64,000 nucleotides of DNA from positions 12,842-76,841 of IMG/VR virus record IMGVR_UViG_3300031813_000013, one strand, 5' to 3'. The DNA comes from a virus. Lineage: Duplodnaviria; Caudoviricetes. Both the position numbers and the translations under genes were made by a program. The notes below the pieces were generated by a model, which had not been told where the DNA came from, made no database searches, and saw nothing but the letters and a program-made list of their open reading frames with translations. Position 1 is the first letter of the stretch. Each line of letters opens with the position of its first letter. Positions 57,421 through 64,000 of this stretch are shown piece by piece.

Positions 57421-59145
57421 ATGGCATCACTTAAACCACTATCAAACAAATCAGAAAAACCTAATATCTCAGCCACTACACTTGAGAGTATTTTGTCTGT
57501 GAGAAATACATTCGCCAATATGTTTGGTGAAATCTTTGGTGGTGCTGTCGATTCATCTTCTGTGCAAGGTGGCACATCAAGAAGTGTATCTAAGGGCAAA
57601 GCAAAAGCACAAACACCAGGCAACAATAGAACTAAAACAATTCAGCAGGCAGTTTATACCACAATAGCAGAAGGCCAAAACCAAAAACTAAAAAGTGGTG
57701 AAGGTGTTGCAAACGTATTTGCTAAAATCTACAATTTGATGAAGTTAGACCATGATGAGAAAAGAAAGCAATTCGAATTAGATAAAAACTTTGCAAGCGA
57801 AAAGAAAGAAAATCAAGAAAGACGAGACAAAGAATTGTTTGGTCTTTTGCATATGTTGACCGGTCATCCAAAAGCACCAGCACCTAAAGTTGAGAAAGAA
57901 AACAACAGTTCACTAATAACGAAAGTTCTTGGTGGTATGCTGTCTGGTGTTGCATCTATTTTTGGTGGTCTACTAAAGACTATTTGGTTTATTGGTAAAT
58001 TTATTGGTTCAATTTCTTTTGGCATAACAAAAGCACTAGGAAGCATAGTAACAACTGTTGTTGGTGCATTGACTCCTGTTTTGGCAAGCATAGCTACTTT
58101 TGTTTTTAAAGAAGTTAAAAATATAGTTATTGGTGCAGTGGAATTTCTCGGCAGAAAAATTTTGGGTTTACTCATTGGCCAAAAAGGTGGAAGAGTAAGC
58201 GGTAAAAATGAATTGGCCGCATCTCTAGCAGTAGGTGCTTTAGTTTCTGGTGTTAAAGATGACGATTGGCTGGCCGCAACCGCTGGAGGAATAGGTGCAA
58301 CTATTGGTGGTGTTGTCGGCGGTCCTGGAGGGGCACTTACGGGGTTCAATATTGGTGCCGGTGGAGTCGAGTCATTTAAAAGTATAGCCGGCCTCAATAA
58401 AGAACAAGAAGAAATAAGAAAATTTTTAATAGGTGAAGATGCGTTTAATTTGGAAAATTCCCAAAAAAGCTTTCTTGCCAGACTGTTCACCGATAAAGGT
58501 GCATTTACTGAAAGAGGTCAGGAAAAAATAGCAGAACTGCAACAACAAAAGATTGAAGCCGCACAAGAATATCATAAAGAAATGTTAGAGGCCATGGGTC
58601 CAAGATATAAACTGGTCGGATATACAGACGAAAAAAATCCTATAATTCCAATAGTCGAAAAAGATGGAAAAAGATTAGGACTTAAAGATTTTGCGGAAGA
58701 ATATGCTTTTAGAACACACTTTCAAGGCTTAGATAAAATATTGGGTGTTACACCAACAGGTGAAGCCGCACAACATCAATTAATTCAAGATACTGTTTCA
58801 GGTTTAATGAAACCACTAAACAACCTTAAAACTGAAGGCCTTGATATTTTGCAAGATGCGAAGGATGAATTCAATAAAGGTATGAGTTTTGCTTCATCAA
58901 AAATAGATGAAGGTATACAGAGTTTCGGTGGTTTGTTAGGTAATATTGGTGTGGATACAAAAGAATTGCCTAGCATATTCAAAGATATCAAAGGTAAATT
59001 TACATCACCAATTGTTATCAATAGCAATTCGGTTGCACCAACACAAGAGAAGCCACCAATTATATCTTCATTAGGTTTCACTCATGTTAGAAATGATGAA
59101 ACGACCTTGTTGAAGGTACAAAAACTAAATTATAGACCGGTATAA
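57421..59145 (+). CDS. Tape-measure-like (gp29-like) paralog 2
   Basis: 574 aa (T4 gp29 is about 590 aa); long Gly-rich amphipathic/hydrophobic segments; N-domain paralogous to the upstream gene. Confidence 0.65.
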   Translation: MASLKPLSNKSEKPNISATTLESILSVRNTFANMFGEIFGGAVDSSSVQGGTSRSVSKGKAKAQTPGNNRTKTIQQAVYTTIAEGQNQKLKSGEGVANVFAKIYNLMKLDHDEKRKQFELDKNFASEKKENQERRDKELFGLLHMLTGHPKAPAPKVEKENNSSLITKVLGGMLSGVASIFGGLLKTIWFIGKFIGSISFGITKALGSIVTTVVGALTPVLASIATFVFKEVKNIVIGAVEFLGRKILGLLIGQKGGRVSGKNELAASLAVGALVSGVKDDDWLAATAGGIGATIGGVVGGPGGALTGFNIGAGGVESFKSIAGLNKEQEEIRKFLIGEDAFNLENSQKSFLARLFTDKGAFTERGQEKIAELQQQKIEAAQEYHKEMLEAMGPRYKLVGYTDEKNPIIPIVEKDGKRLGLKDFAEEYAFRTHFQGLDKILGVTPTGEAAQHQLIQDTVSGLMKPLNNLKTEGLDILQDAKDEFNKGMSFASSKIDEGIQSFGGLLGNIGVDTKELPSIFKDIKGKFTSPIVINSNSVAPTQEKPPIISSLGFTHVRNDETTLLKVQKLNYRPV

Positions 59146-59170
59146 AAAACCCCGCACTAGGCGGGGTTCT
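59144..59170 (-). terminator. Rho-independent terminator after gp32 at the convergent junction
   Basis: AACCCCGC-ACTAG-GCGGGGTT stem; T-tract on the minus strand. Confidence 0.85.
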
Positions 59171-59174
59171 AATC

Positions 59175-60053
59175 TTACTCGTCAGCCAACTTGCTGAAGT
59201 ATGCCAAATCGTCATCATCATCGGTAACCAATTCAGGTTCTTCCTGAACTGGTTTCTTAGGTGCAGACTTCAATGTCTCTACTGTGGTCTTAGGCATTGG
59301 TGTATCACCATTCAATCCTAGAACCTTTTCAAGGCGAGTCTTCAAGTCATCATAAGACTTGAATTCTTTGTCTGCAACCAACTCTGCAAGAGAGTGTTCT
59401 GACTTCCAAATCTTTTCCAACTCATCGTCATCATCCAACAAAGCGGATGAAGCGGCGAATTCAGACTTGTCATAGTTTTGATAGCCAGCAACCTTAGTGA
59501 TACGCAACTTGAAGTTAGCACCAGTCCACAGGTCAAATGGATTGATTGCTGTTTCATCTTCAAAAGCAGGATTCATTGCACCTGTAATCTTCTCAAAAAT
59601 CTTAGCACCGAACTTGAACAACTTAACTTGTCCTTCATTTTCTGGATGCTTAGGATCAGAAACGATATACACGTTAGCAATGTAATTCAACTTACGTTTT
59701 TGCTTACGAACGATTTCTTTGTTGGCTTCAATGCCAGAATTCCACAACTTGTTGTTGTGTTCACACACAGGACATTGTTGGTTCTTGGTAGTCAGGCAGT
59801 TATCAATCAACCAGCCACCAGGACCTTGAAAGCCGTGGCCAAAAATCTTGACCCATGGCAATGCATCATCACCATCAACTGCTGGCGCAGGCAAGAAACG
59901 GATAACGGCAGAACCATTACCTGCTTTGTCTACTTCTGGTTTCCAATAGTTGTCTTTGTTGTCTGCGGCACCTGTAGAATTAAGTGCCTCAACTGCTTTG
60001 GCAAGCTTGTCTAAGTTGCCAGATTGACGTTTGAGATTTGCGAATGAACTCAT
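59175..60053 (-). CDS. gp32: Single-stranded DNA-binding protein
   Basis: MSSFANLKR, WKPEVDKAGNGSAVIRFLP, HGFQGPGGW..NC...CPVC, FGAKIFEKI, NYDKSEF, acidic tail DDDLAYFSKLA. Confidence 0.96.
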   Translation of the reverse strand: MSSFANLKRQSGNLDKLAKAVEALNSTGAADNKDNYWKPEVDKAGNGSAVIRFLPAPAVDGDDALPWVKIFGHGFQGPGGWLIDNCLTTKNQQCPVCEHNNKLWNSGIEANKEIVRKQKRKLNYIANVYIVSDPKHPENEGQVKLFKFGAKIFEKITGAMNPAFEDETAINPFDLWTGANFKLRITKVAGYQNYDKSEFAASSALLDDDDELEKIWKSEHSLAELVADKEFKSYDDLKTRLEKVLGLNGDTPMPKTTVETLKSAPKKPVQEEPELVTDDDDDLAYFSKLADE

Positions 60054-60120
60054 AGTATTTCCTTATAGAACGGAGTATTAAAATTAAAACGGATTGTCCA
60101 CATATTACATAATATAACCA

Positions 60121-60128
60121 TATTTATC
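60121..60128 (-). promoter_or_regulatory. Late promoter variant GATAAATA upstream of gp32
   Basis: ATAAATA core followed by an AT-rich leader of about 65 nt. Confidence 0.6.
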
Positions 60129-60615
60129 CACGTAGGAGTGTATCTAATATGGAGATGGTTGTCAAGGCATCCTTGTGAAGAATACCAGTACCACCTGCTT
60201 CATTCCACTCATCGATGTTAGAATCAGTATCATCAATAAGTATGGAATTTTCGTCAGCAAATTTTGCTTTCAGTTTTTTACCTGGAACAAAAATTGTAGG
60301 ATAGGTAATGCCATGTTGTTCTAGCCACGTAGTCTTTTGAAACTGTATGGCGGCATTGTTTTCTGGTCTTGCGGTAGAAGAAAGAATCTCAATAGGAACT
60401 GTTAAGGTCTTCAAATAATCCAGCAAAACTGGTGCATCTGGCATCATTTCCAGTGAGCCAAAGTTTTTACCTTGAATGAACTGTTTGAAATAATGACCAA
60501 ATTGTCCATGACTATCGGCTTGCACTGGCATTATACCGAAAAGGTCTTCAAACCTTTTTTCAAAGTTTGCAATGACACCATCCATGTCCAAATAGATTTT
60601 TGTAAAATTACGCAT
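60124..60615 (-). CDS. HAD-superfamily 5'(3')-nucleotidase-like protein
   Basis: IYLDMDGV (DxDG motif I), ILSST, KTTWL, ILIDD. Confidence 0.85.
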   Translation of the reverse strand: MRNFTKIYLDMDGVIANFEKRFEDLFGIMPVQADSHGQFGHYFKQFIQGKNFGSLEMMPDAPVLLDYLKTLTVPIEILSSTARPENNAAIQFQKTTWLEQHGITYPTIFVPGKKLKAKFADENSILIDDTDSNIDEWNEAGGTGILHKDALTTISILDTLLRG

Positions 60616-61213
60616 GTTCGACTACTACCTCTTTTAAAATGTTTTTAAACTTAACTTTGTCATATTGAATAAAAGGTGCATACTTTTCACTTTTCAATCG
60701 CCAGTTTGGCCATATAATATCATCACTGATTTTACGGTCCCACATGGGAAAGAAATTCATAATATCATTAAGTATGCACAAAGTTTCAACGCTAATTGTA
60801 CCTGACATAACCTCACGCAGTAAGGTTGGATGTTGACCGTCTTTGACAATCAACATTTGTTCAGGTGCATCATTACCAACAAGACCTAGTATATCATTTT
60901 CAAAGACATATGTCAAGCTTTGATTTATCTTTTGCCACTTTTTGTATGCGGCTTCACCTTCAGGTCCAGTCATTTCACCAACCCAAGATGCATCACCGTA
61001 TACAAAATTGGCCAAATAAAATTTTTGCATTTCTTCCAAGGAGAATTTCCGTGAAAGCTTGTAAAAACTATATTTGTCCTTACGCTTCAGAAATGTATCC
61101 TGTGAAACGTTGGTCTTACCGTTATATTTAAAAAAGTCGTAGGACTTAGAGGTGAAATGCGTTTTCAATGCATTATATAGTCTGAACGCCTCAAAGCCTG
61201 TGTTTTCGGTCAT
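60608..61213 (-). CDS. gp59: Helicase loader
   Basis: GFEAFRLYNALKTHFTSKSYDFFKYNGK, FLANF-like FYLANFV, ISVETL, KYAPF. Confidence 0.88.
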   Translation of the reverse strand: MTENTGFEAFRLYNALKTHFTSKSYDFFKYNGKTNVSQDTFLKRKDKYSFYKLSRKFSLEEMQKFYLANFVYGDASWVGEMTGPEGEAAYKKWQKINQSLTYVFENDILGLVGNDAPEQMLIVKDGQHPTLLREVMSGTISVETLCILNDIMNFFPMWDRKISDDIIWPNWRLKSEKYAPFIQYDKVKFKNILKEVVVEHA

Positions 61214-61434
61214 AGCGGAAGTTTAGATGATTTCTTGATTAAGTTAACTGATTGTGCTTCTTCACGGATTCTTGCTTTAAGGTGGGATGAAATTAAGGTG
61301 GCGGCCACCTCAATCTCAATACCAGTTTCATCACAATACTCCACAATTGCTTCCATACAATGCATAGAATGTGTGTTAGCCATTTCTTCAATCTTCAATG
61401 AGAAGTCACGGATTTCATCTTTAGTTGGCATCAT
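61210..61434 (-). CDS. gp33: Late transcription co-activator
   Basis: FSLKIE, MEAIVEYCDETGIEIEVAATLIS..LKARIREEA..NL; start set to ATG 61434 (ATGA overlap with upstream stop). Confidence 0.88.
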   Translation of the reverse strand: MMPTKDEIRDFSLKIEEMANTHSMHCMEAIVEYCDETGIEIEVAATLISSHLKARIREEAQSVNLIKKSSKLPL

Positions 61435-61664
61435 TTGGCCTTCAATGCATAGACCATGCAAAGGTTATCTGTCTGTGTTGCATATGCACACTTAACAGAG
61501 ATGGGGTCAATACCTTTTTGAATGGCTGTGTCCATGTTGCCTGCCATGTTGTTTCTGTCATTGATATTTGACAAATAACCACTAATGATTACTGATACAA
61601 TAACAATGGTGATACACACCATTGATGTAATAACAATTTTCATGTATGAATTTTGGTTTTCCAT
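61431..61664 (-). CDS. Small single-pass membrane protein (77 aa)
   Basis: Start reassigned to MENQNSYMK (61664, AAGGA SD); TM IVITSMVCITIVIVSVIISGYL; two C-terminal Cys. Confidence 0.7.
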   Translation of the reverse strand: MENQNSYMKIVITSMVCITIVIVSVIISGYLSNINDRNNMAGNMDTAIQKGIDPISVKCAYATQTDNLCMVYALKAK

Positions 61665-61665
61665 A

Positions 61666-62217
61666 TTAAATGATATCCTTGTTTCTGTCAATTGAGTCTT
61701 TGTTGGATCGGTAGAAGATGTGCTGTCCGATTTGCTTGACTTTCTGCAAATGATTCCACCCAGGATGGATGTAATCCGCATGGTAGTATGTCGCACCGTC
61801 TGTAACATCTTTTTGCCTTTCATAGTTAACAACCAAATTGGTTGCGAGATCCAAGATTTCATTATACAACCTTTTATCGGTGATTGGCAAGCCTTTACCG
61901 TCTTTCTTTTCGCAATACCAAGAGAACTGACATGTACCGCCTGTCTTTTGTTTCACCACGGAACAAATATCTTCACCATAGCCAGATTGCAATCTGTTTA
62001 AAGTAACAAAAGCAACGGCCTTCTTACCATCTAGTGGTTCGTGTGCGGCTTCATGGTAAATATTTTGTGCCAAACAATTCACTTGAATCTTAGTTTCCTT
62101 AGACAGTGCATCATATGTGGTCTTAAACGGTAAGTTATAAGTGTTTACATTTACACAAGATAACATCAGAATGATTGCTGAAAAGAATACTGCTACAAGT
62201 ATAAGTCTACTTTGCAT
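61666..62217 (-). CDS. SleB-like cell wall hydrolase (Hydrolase_2) with N-terminal signal/anchor
   Basis: CLAQNIYHEA, AVAFVTLNR, CQFSWYC, GATYYHADYIHPGW, IGQHIFY; hydrophobic N-terminus. Confidence 0.9.
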   Translation of the reverse strand: MQSRLILVAVFFSAIILMLSCVNVNTYNLPFKTTYDALSKETKIQVNCLAQNIYHEAAHEPLDGKKAVAFVTLNRLQSGYGEDICSVVKQKTGGTCQFSWYCEKKDGKGLPITDKRLYNEILDLATNLVVNYERQKDVTDGATYYHADYIHPGWNHLQKVKQIGQHIFYRSNKDSIDRNKDII

Positions 62218-62237
62218 GTAATTCTCCAGTTAAATGA

Positions 62238-62258
62238 GTGGGTTTTGTAAGAACCCAC
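62238..62258 (-). terminator. Hairpin, possible terminator or stabiliser after the OMP gene
   Basis: GTGGGTT/AACCCAC stem; U-tail weak. Confidence 0.4.
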
Positions 62259-62275
62259 CAAAACTTATTGGACTC

Positions 62276-62728
62276 TTAGAAAGAGAACTTTGCACCTACA
62301 GCAACGGTGTTACCATCGAAAGATTTAACTTTGCGGTCGCCATCTTGATAACGATAGTCAACAGTCAAAGCAAGTGCCTTGGTAACTGGAACGGTAACGC
62401 CAGCACCAACTTCAGCAACATAACGCTCATCGCTCTTGATACCTTTCTTGTCAAGGTAACCAACACCAGCCTTAGCGGTCAAAGCGGCATCACCCAACTT
62501 GAAAACATCATAACCACCGATAACGCTGAATTTGTCTAGGTTACGTTTTTGTTCACGGTCGGCTTCAGCAGTAACGCTGAACTTACCAAAATGTTCACCT
62601 ACAGTCAATCCATAACCTTCACGGTCTTTCTTGTTGTAGTTATCGATAGAACCATTAACACCAACTTCAACGGCTGATGCAACTCCAAATGCAGCCATCA
62701 AAGTGGCCAATAGAACTAACTTCTTCAT
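62276..62728 (-). CDS. Small outer-membrane beta-barrel protein (OmpA-TM/Opa/Ail-like)
   Basis: Signal peptide MKKLVLLATLMAAFGVASA; alternating beta strands; C-terminal VGAKFSF (terminal Phe, BAM signal); AAAGGAG SD. Confidence 0.85.
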   Translation of the reverse strand: MKKLVLLATLMAAFGVASAVEVGVNGSIDNYNKKDREGYGLTVGEHFGKFSVTAEADREQKRNLDKFSVIGGYDVFKLGDAALTAKAGVGYLDKKGIKSDERYVAEVGAGVTVPVTKALALTVDYRYQDGDRKVKSFDGNTVAVGAKFSF

Positions 62729-62754
62729 TAAAAACTCCTTTAAGTTGAGATAAG

Positions 62755-63100
62755 ATGGTTGGTTATTCTGTTACGAGGAAACCAACCGAAACCCTAGTCA
62801 GCGCTTAGGCTGCCAATGCGAACTTTTCATCGTTTGCGTTTGTTTTGATTTAGTGTTTACGTCAACTCTGACGGATAGCCTAATATAATACTTGTTACCC
62901 TGTCGAAACTATTTCTCGCCCATCATAAAAATTCAGGCTTGGATTATGTGGATGTCCGTGATACCTTAGTCATCTTCATTACCGCACGGCGCTGGCCTGA
63001 ATTTTTATGGTGGACGAGGGCGGTACTGCCCCGCCGTCCAGAATACTTTTCTTATACCAAGTTTACTATCATTATTAGCGCACCGATTCGGTGTGCTTAC
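62755..63100 (-). ncRNA. ssrA: Two-piece (circularly permuted) tmRNA, tag (A)ANDEKFALAA
   Basis: Acceptor piece first (T-arm GGCGG/CCGCC, CTCGTCC-A-CCA ending at 63008), then coding piece from G1 at 62921 (GGGCGAG, G3-U70 pair); tag ORF 62837-62805; P2 helices pair across pieces. Outer ends approximate. Confidence 0.9.
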
Positions 63101-63105
63101 ATAAA

Positions 63106-63654
63106 TTATCCAAAAATCATTGCGTGTACAAACCTATATGTATCAGCTGCTGCCGATTGTGGTCTTGCACAATGCGGAATGTCACCATCAGCGATAACAA
63201 TTCGTCCGGGAACACAAGTCAAAGCCAAATCAATCTCATTTAAATCTTCCGAGAAGAACAAGGTTTCACCATACCAATGTGGAAACCACAAGTTGTTTGC
63301 ATAGTAAATCAAAAACTTTTTGGCATTTGCATGTACATGTGGAAAATTTGAATCTTGCGAATTGGTCATGTTGATAACATATTTCAACAAATTCAAATCT
63401 TTGATTTTTTCTCCTGCGGCCGATTCCCTAATATACTTTAACAAACCTATTGTAAGGATTTCTTGTGTATTTAATTCAGCGTGCAAGAACTTATCTTTTG
63501 TGATTGTTTCAATATTTGGAGCATCACCCCAACCAAGTTTGAAATTTGCTGCGGCCGACAACGCAAGAGTTTTATCTCTCAAATCCATAGGAATGATATC
63601 ATCATAAACATCCACTTGTTTGCCGGTTGGCAAGATATAATTTTTATGTTTCAT
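63106..63654 (-). CDS. 2OG-Fe(II) oxygenase superfamily protein
   Basis: PHVH, LIYYAN..W...WYGETLF, PGRIVIADGDIPHCARP, RF. Confidence 0.8.
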   Translation of the reverse strand: MKHKNYILPTGKQVDVYDDIIPMDLRDKTLALSAAANFKLGWGDAPNIETITKDKFLHAELNTQEILTIGLLKYIRESAAGEKIKDLNLLKYVINMTNSQDSNFPHVHANAKKFLIYYANNLWFPHWYGETLFFSEDLNEIDLALTCVPGRIVIADGDIPHCARPQSAAADTYRFVHAMIFG

Positions 63655-63661
63655 AGTATAA

Positions 63662-63793
63662 TCATCGTGCAGCTTCTGTGTGTTTACCTTTGAATGATTT
63701 TTTTAACAATTTCATCCACAATTTCTTGGCTTTCTCCAAGTTGTGTTCAAATTCTGCACGGTTTAGTTTTTGGATTAGTTTTTGTACTTTCAT
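63662..63793 (-). CDS. Small basic hypothetical protein (43 aa)
   Basis: Not in track. MKVQKLIQKLNRAEFEHNLEKAKKLWMKLLKKSFKGKHTEAAR; ATGA overlap with upstream stop. Confidence 0.6.
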   Translation of the reverse strand: MKVQKLIQKLNRAEFEHNLEKAKKLWMKLLKKSFKGKHTEAAR

Positions 63794-64000
63794 TGATTTG
63801 GTACCAATACAATCTTTTTAGTGTTTGTTGCTGGATCAATCATTTCCTGCCAGTGATAACCTGGAGGAGGTGTTTGAACCACTGGTGGTTGAACATAAAC
63901 TGGTTGCTCAACGATAACAGTCCTAGGTTGTGATGCAATTTCTGCACCAATCACAACACCTGCGGCCAATGGAATCCATCCAATGCCAGGACCACCCCAA
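63790..64000 (-). CDS. Partial Pro/Val-rich small protein (PXPV-like), C-terminus
   Basis: Not in track. ...WGGPGIGWIPLAAGVVIGAEIASQPRTVIVEQPVYVQPPVVQTPPPGYHWQEMIDPATNTKKIVLVPNQ*. Confidence 0.65.
   Translation of the reverse strand, partial: WGGPGIGWIPLAAGVVIGAEIASQPRTVIVEQPVYVQPPVVQTPPPGYHWQEMIDPATNTKKIVLVPNQ

Noticed and set aside
61665-61862. N-terminal extension of the 143-aa ORF 61431-61862
   Set aside because: Overlaps the SleB gene in another frame; an SD-supported ATG exists at 61664
63008-63040. Stand-alone tRNA gene
   Set aside because: Only a T-arm and 3' acceptor strand; no anticodon arm, and the matching 5' strand lies downstream, as in a permuted tmRNA
62939-63304. 121-aa plus-strand ORF
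   Set aside because: Antisense to the tmRNA and the oxygenase gene; no recognisable motifs

Overview
A gene-dense, AT-rich segment of a T4-like (Tevenvirinae/Kyanoviridae-type) myophage genome. Most of it (1-53.2 kb, minus strand) is the late virion module: gp48, gp53, hub, a three-piece gp5 spike, gp25, gp6, gp7, gp8, a split DUF4815 protein, several very long Asn/Ala-rich fibres, a giant RCC1-repeat protein, three glycosyltransferase/methyltransferase genes, and gp13-14-15. A plus-strand block follows (gp4, gp2, gp54-like, gp26/gp51, two tape-measure-like paralogs). A minus-strand block holds gp32, a HAD nucleotidase, gp59, gp33, a SleB hydrolase, an outer-membrane beta-barrel, a tmRNA and a 2OG oxygenase. 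The strongest observations are: (1) a circularly permuted two-piece tmRNA (tag ANDEKFALAA) whose intervening segment forms a perfect 15-bp stem; (2) a probable -1 ribosomal frameshift (A AAT TTT TTC) fusing gp26 to an AUG-less gp51, in a lambda G/GT-like position between tube and tape-measure genes; (3) a candidate virion glycosylation/methylation/hydroxylation system inside the late operon; (4) gp5 split into three genes with an HxH tip and no lysozyme, while a lambda-R-like muramidase sits in a tape-measure paralog; (5) a DUF4815 protein interrupted by a Cys-initiated C-terminal domain. A betaproteobacterial host is suggested but is inference. All family assignments come from motif recognition by eye; no database searches were run.
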